64,000 nucleotides of DNA from Octopus sinensis (GCF_006345805.1 NW_021832870.1:31085-95084); one strand, 5' to 3'; counted from the first letter of the stretch, positions 14,326 through 26,525 are shown. Program-made: numbers and translations. The notes: generated from the letters alone by a model not told the origin.

Positions 14326-14599
14326 TTACTCTTTCAATTAGTTCCTCAATTTCTCTACGCGCACCCAGATATTTAAGGACTCAAACAGCTCTGCTAAAGT
14401 AACACATATCGAGAGAAGAACAAATTGGCGAACTCACTTCGAACTAAACGAAGGAGCTTCTATGTGGTTGCTTACCCAATTAAAAATAACAACCAATTGT
14501 TTCTCAAATCATATCTTATCATCTGTTTTATTTATTTTTTAACGAAGGGTACATTAGATCGTGTTGTGACGCGAGAATGATTTTTTCAGATGACGGATG

Positions 14600-15090
14600 G
14601 CACAGGGACCAGGCCTTCGGTGAATTTTGAAGCTTCTCTCAGCATCATATATGTCACTGCATCGATTAGACTATCGGATATAGTTATACACCACTGATCA
14701 CAATGCGTTTCCTCGCGTTGTTGTAGCCTAGCAGAACAGATAGGCCAACATTCTCTCCTTGACCGGAAACCAGTTTGTTGGTTGCAGTATTGCCCTTTTG
14801 AACCCGAGTGGATTGAAGCAACGTGAAATGATGTGTTTTGCTCAAGAACAGGAGGCACTGCCGGTCTTGGAATCAAGACCATGATTTTGCGATCAGGAGT
14901 ATAACACCCTGACCATGAGGCCACACACACGATGTGTTCGCACAGTTTACGTGTACCAAATCTACTTACACGACACTAGTTGGTCCGGAGCTATAGTTTG
15001 TTCCTTCTCGAGTCATACCTGGCTCATAAGGGCCGGTTTCCCGGTTTCCTTAGCATATAGGTTCCCCACCTGGACGGGACGCCGGTCCGT
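14600..15090. mobile_element. diverged SINE family C-type remnants
   Basis: TGTTTTGCTCAAGAACA and CCGGTTTCCCGGTTTC motifs shared with the 52545-52836 copy. Confidence 0.55.
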
Positions 15091-15992
15091 CGCAGGGAGA
15101 TATAGTAGAAGACACTTGCCTAATGTGCTGTGCTGTAAGAATGAACCCATGCTTGCAAAGGGACCGAGCAAATTTTGTCGTATTACCAATCGTCAGAACT
15201 AATTACCCGACCGAGGTAGCATTCCATTAAACCCGTTGATTATCAGTGCAGATGAACAGCCCTACAACTAGCTTAGATAAGTAGCTTTGATGAGTGACTG
15301 GTAGAAAAACAGAAGAAACAGATCGTCAACGAGTGAATAGAAGAAAAACAGCCCAACCCTATATTTAAGATATCATCTAAAATACAGCTACTTCGATATA
15401 CGGAACATACGAAAACCTGTTTAATGCGAAGCTAAATGAAATTCATGTTGGCCATAATCGTATTCCTTTCATTATTAGGTTTGTATGTTAAAACCAGGGA
15501 TTATAAGACAAGAATTACTTAGTGCAAATTTAAATATATATTATGATAAAACTTAATCCGTATGGCATTGCTACATATACATCCCGACAAAGAGTTAATT
15601 TATATGACTTATGGGGTGTTATATAATTTTACGAGCTTATTCTGTTTTCACAAGGTGGGGCTTGACATTGATTAAATATTCTACTGAATTGCGTTCACAA
15701 TTTGTCTCTGTGTATCTATGGATATTATTCTTAAAATAACATTTTTACAGGAATGTTCGAGGTCATTACGGCTTATAAGACAACTCGGATAATGGAATCG
15801 GTATTGTCGTACGAAATTCTTTTATTTCTTGAATTCAAATTGCACCAAGATCGATTTTGCCTTTCATTCTCTTGGGGTTGATAATATAAGTACCAGTTGA
15901 GCACAGAGGTCGATGTAATTCTTAAAATTGCAGGCCTTGTACGAAAATTTGAAACCATTATTAACATCAATAAAAGTATTCGCGGCAGGAAC

Positions 15993-16020
15993 AGTAGTAG
16001 CAACAGCAGCAGCAGCAGCA

Positions 16021-16062
<42 letters not shown>

Positions 16063-16196
16063 TAGTAGTAGCAGCAGCAGCAGCAGTAGTAGTAGTGGCA
16101 GCAGCAGTAGTAGCAGTAGTAGTAGTAGTAGTAGTGGCAGCAGCAGCACCAGTAGTAGTAGTAGTAGTAGTGTAGTAGTAGTAGTAGTAGTAGTAG

Positions 16197-16248
<52 letters not shown>

Positions 16249-16292
16249 AGTAGTAGTAGTAGTAGTGGTAGTAGTAGTTGTAGTAGTAGTAA
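15993..16292. repeat. compound triplet array (CAG/TAG/TTG)
   Basis: Direct reading. Confidence 0.95.
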
Positions 16293-16788
16293 AATTCATG
16301 TGGTCGATTGACTTGAATATGCTCACCATTCAATTTTTGATCGTATCCTTAAATAGGAAACCTTCATTGCTTTCATTGTTGTTTTTGTTGTTGTTGTTCT
16401 TCCAATCAGGACTCAAGCCATAAGCCACAAAGAATAATCTCTAATTCGAGCCTACTCTAAGCTACTAAGAATGCGTGTGGCAACTTGAAGATCCACCCAC
16501 CACACGCGATAGACTGGCGGTTGTACGGGCGCGAAAGTTACGTTGTTATCCTCATTGCGTATATTACAAACGAGAGACTGAGTGCTTCAAGCTTTACACT
16601 TTTTCCTAATTCTTTGGCTTCCGTTTCCCAACTGATGAACGTGGTTTTTGCTTTAAATAGGGACCCATAACATAAGTCCAAGCATGTACGTGTGGTTAAA
16701 GAAGCTCGCTTTGCAGTCACATGGTTTCGGGGTCACTCCCCGTGCCCTGTATGTAAATTTAATCGATGGAAACTGTGTGGAAGCCCAT

Positions 16789-16827
<39 letters not shown>

Positions 16828-16897
16828 CAGAATGTTTTGCATAATAAGATAAAAAAAAACAAGGCTGAGTAGATATTAGAGAATTTATAGATAGAAG

Positions 16898-16949
16898 GTC
16901 TTACAGCTGTTTCTAGGATATTAATTAATAATATCTCTTCATCAGAGAT
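16898..16949 (-). ncRNA. minimal type-I hammerhead ribozyme-like motif
   Basis: AUCU-CUGAUGA-A-stemII-A-GAAAC-AGCU-GU-A-AGAC; palindromic stem III ACAGCUGU. Confidence 0.55.
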
Positions 16950-16989
16950 GGAGTGAGAGGAAACTATGACTTAACTTTCCTCTCACACC

Positions 16990-17041
16990 GTCTCCGATGA
17001 AGGGATATTATTAATTAATATTCTAGAAACAGCTGTAAGAC
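16990..17041 (+). ncRNA. minimal type-I hammerhead ribozyme-like motif
   Basis: GUCU-CCGAUGA-A-GGGAUAUU/AAUAUUCU-A-GAAAC-AGCU-GU-A-AGAC; stem I GUCU/AGAC perfect. Confidence 0.6.
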
Positions 17042-18066
17042 CTTCTATCTATAAATTCTCTAATATCTATACAGCCTTGGTTTTTATCTCATTACGCAAA
17101 AAATTCTTATATACACACGTTGACATAGAACCAACGTTGAACCCTTTATTCACAATATTACCAAATCTGGAACTTAACTATGGTCTGTCTATAGCACTTA
17201 TTCAGCATTACCTGACACCTTTGGGTCTCAATGACACCATTATCTATATGTGTGTGTGTGTGTGTTTGTGTGTGTGTGTGCGTGTGTGTATACGTGCGTG
17301 TGTGCGCGTGAGTATTTGTGCTGTATCTGTCCTCCACAATCGCTTGGCAACCGGTACTGCTTAGGGGTCAATTTATTTGACTAAACACTTCAAGCTGGTA
17401 CCCCAGCATGGCCGTAGTCCAATGACTGAAATGATTAAAAGATAAAAGATAACAACACACAGCTCTGTCAGCCGTAAACTATGTCGTGCAGCAATAGTGA
17501 AAGTAGGTTTGCAAAAACTCCATCAATTTTGTCTAAAATTTATTTCTGTCAAAACCGCTGGTTTTTTACTCGTATTTTTTCCTTTCCCTTTCTGTGTCTC
17601 TCCATTTAATGCTCCCATCAGAGAAAGCCAATATCTCGACTCACTCTATCAAACAAGCAAGTTAAACACTATGTCATTTCGCTTGTTTATTCAAAGTTTC
17701 CTGCTATAAATGATTACCAAAGGAAAATCTCGGATTTCATCCCATTACATTATTATATAATAATTTGAAATTATTTGCATGGATTCTTTCAATTAGTAAC
17801 AGAGCCTGACAGCTGATATTTCTCTCCTGTTTTTTCTCCTTCTGTTCGTATGATACGATGAGAGTATTTAGTGCCATGGAAGATACAGCAATCAACGTTA
17901 TTGTGCTTGTTAATATACTAATATTGTTTGTTGAAACTGTACTACCTGACACGATCTGGTCGATTACATTTTTTGGTTTCACATAATAAGCATTCCTCTC
18001 TGCCCGTTTTTTTCTTCTCTTTTTTAGATTTCTTTAGTTTATGGTAGACATTATTATTTTTTTTAC

Positions 18067-18141
18067 CTGATACATCAAGGCCTTCAGTTTCTGTTTTTCA
18101 CCTCTTAACATATTATTCCATATATTTTCGCTCAGAAATTT
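18067..18141 (-). CDS. candidate internal exon KFLSENIWNNMLRGEKQKLKALMYQ
   Basis: tatatttactag|AAA...CAG|gtaaaa; 75 nt, phase 0/0, open. Confidence 0.4.
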
Positions 18142-18165
18142 CTAGTAAATATATACACACACACA

Positions 18166-18199
<34 letters not shown>

Positions 18200-18218
<19 letters not shown>

Positions 18219-18625
18219 TCTTTTACTCTTTTACTTGTTTCAGTCATTTAACTGAGGCCATGCTGGAACACCGCCTTTAGTCGAGCAAATCGACCCCAGG
18301 ACTTATTCTTTGTAAGCCTAGTACTTATTCTACCGGTCTCTTTTTCCGAACCGCTAAGTTACAGGGACTCAAACACACCAGCATCGGTTGTCAAGCGATG
18401 TTGGGGGGGCAAACACAGATACACAAACACATACACACACACACATACATATATACATATACATATATACGACGGGCTTCTTTCAGTTTTCGCCTATTAA
18501 ATCCACTCACAAGGCTTTGGTCGGCTCGAGGCTATAGTAGAAGACACTTGTCCAAGGTGCCACGCAGTGGGACTGAGCCCGAAACCATATAGTTGGTAAG
18601 CAAGCTACTTACCACACAGCCAGCC
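18200..18625 (-). mobile_element. SINE family B, full length with internal microsatellite
   Basis: tRNA-like head, CORE-like body, tail GGCGGTGTTCCAGCATGGCC..GAAAC(AAAAGAGT)n. Confidence 0.95.
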
Positions 18626-19312
18626 ACTCTTGTATTCTGAGGTATGTATCACTTATTTCTAATCCGAAATACTTCCTTCATGATGTCTTTCCCGTTTTGT
18701 ATCATTAACTATCAGTAACTATAATTTCTATCGGTAAATTCATAATAAATCATAACAGATCCAAACTAATTTGTCTACTTTATCTTCATATACAGATTCA
18801 AATAAACAATAAAAAATGTTGTTTGCATGGAGATTGAAAAAAAAATGTGTATGTATGTATGAATGTATCTTATTGCGTGCATGACAACCGATGCTGGTGT
18901 GTTTACGTCCCTGTAAATTGATAGACTAAGCACTAGGCTTTAAAGAATAAGTCCTGGGTGTCAATTTGTTCGACTAAAGGCCGTGCTCCAGCATGGCCGC
19001 AGTCAAATGACTGAAACACATTAAAGAATGAAAGAATATATATATATACACGTCAGCTTTCCACGCAGTTTCTGTCTATTAGATTCACTTACATGGCGTT
19101 AATCGTCCCGGGTATTAGAGTACAAGAGCTAAGATCCTAGGCTGTGGGACAGGACTCGAAACCAATTGCTTGTAAAGCGACCTTCTCAATCACGGTAAAT
19201 ACAGAAACTGGAAAATCTGTCTTATGAGTCTATACGACTCGGAAACGAGCTGTATCCTTTATATATATATATATATACATATATATACATATATATATAT
19301 GTGTGTGTATAC

Positions 19313-19361
<49 letters not shown>

Positions 19362-19583
19362 TATATGTATGTATATATATATACATATATATATGTGTGT
19401 ATATATATATAATATATACACATATATATATGTATGTATATATATATACATATATATACATATATATATGTGTGTATATATATATATATATATTGATTGA
19501 TTGATTCGATTGATTCTAGTTTCAGATTATGAGCTGTGGCCATGCTGGGGCACCGCCATTTGGTGTTGCTACTTGGTTTCACT

Positions 19584-22579
19584 TCATGGAGGCTTTCTAG
19601 CAACTGCTATTTGGTGCATGAGAGAGTTCGATGCAGCTGCCCTCATCTGCCCCTCCTGCCGTGAAGTTGGTTCATCTGGGACACCTGACAGGAAGAGATC
19701 CAGCTTCATTTTAAAGACATCTGTATCCAACCCATGCAGGTCTCTCAGGTTCTTCGGGAGGATATTGAAGAGCTGTGGGCCTCGGAAGCCCAGGCTATCA
19801 CAGAATCTTGTCCTACATCTTGATGGCAGGTTTGGAGTCCTAGGCACCACGCAGTGGCGCCCAGTTCTGGCATTTGCGTAACTCTCGATGCCAAAGTTCA
19901 GGACACTTCCCTCCAGGATCTTCCAGATGTATATTATGGCATATCTTTCCCGCCTACGCTCCAGAGAATATAATTTTAATCTCTTGAGTCTTTCCCAGTA
20001 GCTTACATTCTGCATAGAGGCTATCTTCTTTGTGTAGCTTCGTTGGATCGCCTCAAGTTCTGTGATCAACTTGACACTGGATGGTGACCATAGCTGAGAG
20101 CAATAGTCAAAGTGGCTTAGGACAAGTGTCTTCCAGAGGACCATCATGGTTTTTTGTTCTCTTGTTCTAAAGGTTCTAAGAATCTATCCAGCCAGCCGTC
20201 TACATTTCATTGTCAGTTTAGCAACATGTACATGAAAGGTCGCGTCATCACTCATGTGAATACCCAGGTCACGCACTGATTGTGCCTCTGGGATTGCAAT
20301 CCCTCCGGGTCCAGTGTATTCATTGGGTATTGCATTCAGTTTTGCATGCTGATAGTATAAAGCTTGAAACTTTCCAGCATTGAACTGCATGCTATTCTTT
20401 TCAGCCCACTTGTATATTTCGTCCAGCTCACATTGCAGGTGTTTAGTGTCCTCAGGGTTCTGTATTGCCTGTGAAACTTTTGTATCATCTGCATAACTTG
20501 TGATCGTGGCTCTCTGCGTGGCTGAGGGCATGTCTGAGAGGGCCATTATGAACAGTAGTGGTCCCAGAACAGTGCCCTGCGGAACACCGCTCACTATTTG
20601 TGTGTTAATGGAGGTGGCCCCATTGGCTACTACCACCTGACTTCTATCCTTCAGAAAGTCATGAAGCCATTCTCCCAGTTTTCCAACTATGTTGAGATCA
20701 CGCAGTTTGTGACATATCATTCCATGATCGACTTTATCAAAGGCCTTTGCAAAGTCGAGATATATCACTTCCACATTTGAGTGGTTGAGCAGCCGTTTCA
20801 GCACCCAGTCATAGTGTTGTAGGAGCTGAGTTAAACAGCTTCTCCCTGGTCGGAAACCATGTTGGGTGTCGGGCAGCAAGTCATTCTCTTCCAGGAAGGT
20901 GATCAGCTTCCTTCTGACTATTCGTTCCATGACCTTGCTGATGTGTGAGGTCAGAGAGATAGGTCTATAGTTCTTGGCTTCCGCTCTGCTACCTCCTTTA
21001 TGAATGGGGCATATTTTACCTTCCTTCAGTTTTCCTGGAAGTTTGCCAGCTGCAAGGAAGCTCTGAAAGAGGAACTGCAGTGGTCTTGCTAGGACTCTCT
21101 TACATGCTTTTAGGAGGATTGCTGGGAATCCATCGGGGCCAGTAGCTGAGTCTGTTTTCATTTCATCTATAGCCTTGGTTACATCGTCTTCCTTTATATC
21201 GATGTAATCTATCGTCGCCGCCTCTGATTTTATATCTGCAGTGGTAAAAAAGTCAGTTGGATTGGTGATTTGGAGATGCCCAAGGGGTGGAGTGAAAACA
21301 CTCTTGAATTGCTCATTCAGTATTTCACTTACCCTCATTGGTTTTCCTGTAAGTGTGCCATCCTTTTCGAGGAGTGGCCCTATTCTACAGTGCACTGTAG
21401 CTGTTTCTTTGGCATACCTGTAGAAAGCTCTGGGGTTAGATTTTATGTTTTCTATAGCCCAGGCTTCTTTGTCTGCTCTTTCTTTTTCATGGGAGAGTTG
21501 CAGACATTTTTCGATTTCCAACAGTTTTATTTTTAGGCGGGACTTTTCACTGCTTTCAATCTGTTTGTTTAGGCGATTTGAAAATTTCGTACGCCGTCTC
21601 ATTAAAATTTTCCTCTCTCTGGGGATTTTGTTCTTGTGTACAGTGGCCTTTCTCTCTGGGACACATTTGTAGCATATGGCTTGCATTACAGACATGAATT
21701 GTTGAAGTTTCACGTCGATGTCTGGCGAGGAGAGACATTTAGGCCAGTTTTGTTTGAGGATCTCTTTCTCAATTTGTTTCCAGTTTGCCTTATGGTAGTT
21801 CAAGCTGGAAAGATTTTGAGGGTTTCTTGTAGGCTGCATGTCCGTGCTCTCTTTTGGCCCGTACATGGTCAGCTCTATCATGTTGTGATCCGAGAGTATT
21901 GTCGGTGTCACTTTCACATTATGGATGAGATCCATGTCATTTGTGAAGCAGAGATCCAGTGTGTTACCTGCCCTGGTTGGTTGGAGTATTACCTGCTCCA
22001 TGTACAGGGTGTTGATGAGGTTCAGGAGGGACCTCGCCTGTCCTCGTTCACATCTTGTCATTCCTGGGAGAGAAAGGCCCTCGGGCCATCTGACATTGGG
22101 CAGATTGAAGTCTCCCATAAGAAGCACACCTATGTGTTGTTCTAATGTGGTTAGAATTTCTTCTATTTTTATAAGGCAGTCTTCAAACTTGCCCACATGG
22201 CTTGGGGCATCTTGAGGGCGATATGTAGCACACACAACTACATCAAGTTGCCTAATATGTACAATTAGTGTGTCACACACCGAGTTTGAGTATGACAAGA
22301 GGACCTGGGGTGTGAGGTCCTCACGGATGTACATAGCAACACCTCCATGACTCCTTTCTTTCCTGTCGGTCCGTAGTACAGCATACTGTGGTATGTGTAA
22401 CTCCGCATCTGCTATGTCCGGTTTCAGGTGCGTTTCTGTAAGTGCTATGCATAAGGCTTGATTGCATGCAACAAAGTCTCTCAGGAACGGATCTTTGTCC
22501 TGTTACTGAGTGTTTGCAGTCCTCTGATGTTCAGTAGGAGTATCGAGGTGAGGTGTACGTTGTTGCCGGCGGTGTCCAT
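19584..22579 (-). pseudogene. LINE ORF2 (APE endonuclease + reverse transcriptase), two lesions
   Basis: SILLLNIRGL; then, after a 1-bp deletion at ~22490, LTETHL..RTDR..GGVAMYI, GDFNLP, YRPISLTS, QHGFRPGRSC, LDFAKAFDKVDH, GVPQGTVLGPLLF, YADDTK; TAG at 20184-20186 followed in frame by ILRTF..LYSLERRRER..FKMKLD. Confidence 0.95.
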
Positions 22580-23442
22580 CCTGTGTCTGTTTGCTGTGGT
22601 GGTCTGGTATATAGTGGGTAGTCCCACCTGCGGGCTTGGGTTTGATGAAGCCAGGTCAGCTGCTGTACAATCTTTTGTGCCATGCACAAAAAAGATTGTT
22701 GCTCAGCAGCTGCTCTTTCGACAACATCATGTTGGCTGTTTGTGGCGCGCACAACATCTGCGTACCTCCGCTTTGGGGCAGGTGGTGCGTGGTCCATCCC
22801 TTTTCTTTGTGTTGATGGTTTGTCCATCTGCCTCGTGTCTCTGTGGCAGGGTCCCCGATGTGCAAAGCGGCAGCCTGCACCTTCCTTTCCATGCCAGCAG
22901 GAACCTCTCAGGTAGAACATACACACCCGTGTGCGCTGTTTGGTTCCATCCTTTGCGGTTCCACTTCTATTTCTGGTTGTTTCACTCTTTGGTCCTGCTT
23001 GAGCTTTTTCTTTTCCTTTAGCTCTTCCAGTCCTTCTTTTAGTTCTTCTTCCTCCCTCTACCTCTTCACCGGGTTCTCCGTCTCCATGGCCCTTGCTGCC
23101 GGTTGGAGAACTTGCACCTGGGTTCACTTCCCGGGCAGGTTTCTCATTCAAAACCTCCTCCCGGGCGTCCACCAGGTGGGGGTGACTTCTTTCATCGTCT
23201 CCATTCTTGCCATCTTTGCTCCGCTCGTTCTCAAAGATGGCATCAAGTGCGCCAATGTGCGACCGTACAAGCGCATATGAGCGCACGAATTCCTGTCTCT
23301 TTCGCTCCATCTGAGCCGCTGTCCTCTTGTAGCCTCTGCTCTTCAGCGCAGCCGCAATCACCTCCCTAGGGCTATCTCCGCCGGCGCACTCCCATGCTCG
23401 TACGAATAAATCCAGCTCGTCACGTCTCCATGCTCTGGTCAT
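22531..23442 (-). CDS. LINE ORF1, 303 aa: N-terminal Myb/SANT-trihelix-like domain and one CCCH zinc finger
   Basis: Intact frame; W..DELDLFVRAW..IAAALKSRGYKRTAAQMERK; CMFYLRGSCWHGKEGAGCRFAH (C-x7-C-x8-C-x3-H); overlaps the probable ORF2 ATG (22579) by 49 nt. Confidence 0.8.
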   Translation of the reverse strand: MTRAWRRDELDLFVRAWECAGGDSPREVIAAALKSRGYKRTAAQMERKRQEFVRSYALVRSHIGALDAIFENERSKDGKNGDDERSHPHLVDAREEVLNEKPAREVNPGASSPTGSKGHGDGEPGEEVEGGRRTKRRTGRAKGKEKAQAGPKSETTRNRSGTAKDGTKQRTRVCMFYLRGSCWHGKEGAGCRFAHRGPCHRDTRQMDKPSTQRKGMDHAPPAPKRRYADVVRATNSQHDVVERAAAEQQSFLCMAQKIVQQLTWLHQTQARRWDYPLYTRPPQQTDTGWTPPATTYTSPRYSY

Positions 23443-23499
23443 GCTGGATAATCCGTCTATCCGTTTATCTATCTAATTATGTTCGAGAGAAGACAGGAA

Positions 23500-24660
23500 G
23501 ATATTAAGGCTAATTAGAAGATAGAGTACTTGAAAAAGAAATATTAACAATATTAAAGTTTGTGTAAAAACGTTATTTGGGTAAAAACGTTATTTAATCT
23601 TAAGGCTAATTAGGGGATAGAGTATCTGAAAATGTATTAGCAATATTAATATTATATTAGAGTGTGGATAAAAACGTTGTTTAATCTTAAGGCTAATTAG
23701 GAGATAGAGTATCTGAAAATATATTAGCAATATTAATATTATATTAGAGTGTGGGTAAAAAAAAAAAAAAAAAAAAAAAACGTTATTTATCTTAAGGCTA
23801 TTTTGGAGATAGAGTATCTGAAAATATATTAGCAATATTAATATTATATTAGAGTGTGGGTAATATTAAACGTTATTTATTTAATCTTAAGGCTAATTAG
23901 AAGACAGAGTATCTGAAAAATTATATATACAATATTAAGCATATTAACCGTTATTTAATTTAATCTTAAGGCTAATTAGACGTTATTAATATTAAACGTT
24001 ATTTAATTTAATCTTAAGGCTAATTAGAAGATAGAGTATCTGAAAATATATTAGCAATATTAATATTATATTAGAGTGTGGATAAAAACGTTATTTATCT
24101 TAAGGCTAATCAGGAGATAGAGTATCTGAAAATATATTAGCAATGTTAATATTATATTAGAGTGTGGGTAATATTAAACGTTATTTAATTTAATCTTAAG
24201 GCTAATTAGAAGATAGAGTATCTGAAGAATTATTAACAATATTAAACAATATTAAACGTTATTTAATTTAATCTTAAGGCTAATTAACAGTAATTATTAA
24301 CAATATTAAACAATGTTAAACGTTATTTAATTTAATCCTAAGGCTAATTAGACGTTTTTAATATTAAACGTTATTTAATTTAATCCTAAGGCTAATTAGA
24401 CGTTTTTAATATTAAACGTTATTTAATTTAATCTTAAGGCTAATTAGAAGATAGAGTATCTGAAAAATTATTAACAATATTAAGACAATATTAAACGTTA
24501 TTTAATTTAATCTTAAGGCTAATTAACAATAATTATTAACAATATTAAACAATATTAAACGTTATTTAATTTAATCCTAAGGCTAATTTGACGGTATCAA
24601 TATTAAACGTTATTTAATTTAATCTTAAGGCTAATTAGAAGATAGAGTATCTGGAAAATT
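23500..24660. repeat. modular AT-rich tandem array directly upstream of ORF1 (16 copies of a TAAGGCTAATT core)
   Basis: Core spacing ~96,87,104,96,79,48,86,96,78,64,48,48,79,64,48 bp. Confidence 0.95.
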
Positions 24661-25139
24661 ATTATATCGAGAACAGATATTGAAAATGTAAACAAACAAA
24701 ATGACGATCGCAACTTTAACTAAGATGTGGGCCTAAGTGAAAGATAAAATAGAATAATAAATAAAATATGAAATAGATGAAATTGATACTTAATCCAACA
24801 ATGTGGTCTGGATTTTTTTTTTTTGGTTTACGGGATTTTTTTCAGGAGAGATGCTTCTTTTTTCTTTCTTGCAGGAGATAACTTGATTCAGTTATTTTTG
24901 CACCATGTGCGTTTCGGCGAAAATGAAAATTACTGTGTATATGTATATATTTATATATATATTTTTTAAAATATTTTTAAACCAAAGTGTTGTAGTGATC
25001 TCTATGACTTAGAGTTTTACGTTTTGCAACTACAGTGGGTTATTTCGCCGTTCTATGCAAACTTTTTCACAGAGCAAAGACAATCACGTCTTTCTCTGCT
25101 GAAAACGGATCCGGATATATATATATACATACATATATA

Positions 25140-25198
<59 letters not shown>

Positions 25199-26059
25199 AA
25201 TGGCCTGCTGCTGTAGTTTTGTCTGAGAGAAAATCACCTTTTAGACGTGCTAAAACATAATATCTGTCGAAGTGAAATGAGCATCATCGCAGCAATGGTT
25301 CCTAGAAACATTACACGTGTTTCGCCTCTATTGAAGATTGTCAATAACGTGAACCCATTTGTTACACGCCTACGAAATTCATACCTCGATATGTAAGAAA
25401 GAATAAATAATACATTAACTGATAAGGCTGATCGCCTGCTGGGCTGTAAAAACTTCGGTGAATGCATTTTCATATGTGTATGCGTGTGTGTGTGTGTGTG
25501 TGTGTATGTGTTCTTACATATATATGAATATGCACAACGCAATAGGTATTTATGCTATTTCCCCTCGTTAGGGACTCTTTGTATTTATATTTCCTATTAT
25601 CTTTATACTCAGATATTTCTCATTAATCCGCCGTTCCGTCTCTAATGAAGCAACCAGCAAAACACTATCACTCACGTATAAATTTATCTCTATATAAGAG
25701 AAATGTATGATGGTTATTCAACGACTGCTGAAGCTGTAGCGTGTTTGGCTCAGCACAGTGGCTAAGCTAAGCGTGTTTGTTTCAAAATGAAAAGATACGT
25801 AGCTAAAGAAGATACTTAGCGCCTCTTATCTCCTAAACGTGGTTAAGTGAGGCTAATACAGTTGATATTAAATGTAAATACATGCAGACTAATGATAACG
25901 AGGAAACCATGTGATGGGTTGGGGGTTCCAGAGGAATTATAATTCCCGAGAAAGATTAGGGAAAGCGTTTTATTTCTTTCCAAAGGTATTTGTGTTCTGC
26001 AGCTCTCTTCCATATCATGGTTGGCGTCGATCGAACAGACATCTCATTAAAGGTTTTCC

Positions 26060-26213
26060 AGGAGTGGCAAGTAGCTTGCTTACAAACAACGTGGTTCCGG
26101 GTTCAGTCCCACTGCGTGGCACCTTGGGCAAGTGTCTCCTACTATAGTCTTGGGTCGACCAAAGCCTTGTGAGTGGATTTGGTAGACGGAAACTGAAAGA
26201 AGCTTGTCATTAT

Positions 26214-26245
<32 letters not shown>

Positions 26246-26268
26246 GTGTGTGTGTGTGTGTATATATG

Positions 26269-26320
<52 letters not shown>

Positions 26321-26525
26321 TACATATGTCTTTATGTGTCTGTGCTTGTCCCCCTACCATCGCTTGACAACCGATGTTGGTGTGTTTACGTCCCCGTAAA
26401 CTAGTTGTTCGGCAAAAAATAGTAGGCTTACAAAGACTAGGTCTTGGATTCGATTTGTTCGACTAAAAGGTGGTGCTCCAGCATGGCCGCAGTCAAATGA
26501 CTGAAACCAATACAAGAATAAAAGA
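26060..26525 (+). mobile_element. SINE B, full length
   Basis: Head, internal TG/TA microsatellite, CR1-like tail. Confidence 0.95.

Larger units (their letters stand above)
16833..17102. repeat. ~270-bp fold-back element (inverted duplication of a Penelope-type terminal sequence)
   Basis: ~130-bp arms around a 12-nt loop (16964-16975). Confidence 0.9.
19492..24715 (-). mobile_element. near full-length CR1-group non-LTR retrotransposon (5' boundary uncertain, 24715 or ~25113)
   Basis: ORF1 + APE endonuclease/RT ORF2, 3' tail ending in (AATC)n abutting (TA)n; tandem array upstream of ORF1. Confidence 0.9.

Noticed and set aside
17737-17982. 81-aa hydrophobic ORF
   Set aside because: No splice or phase fit with the exon model and no motif; consistent with chance in AT-rich DNA
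23500-24660. CRISPR-like appearance (constant core with variable spacers)
   Set aside because: The spacers are variants of each other, the context is eukaryotic and there are no cas genes; this is a modular minisatellite
25277-25392. Plus-strand ATG..|gtaaga segment MSIIAAMVPRNITRV
   Set aside because: It is short, has no downstream partner exon and no recognisable similarity
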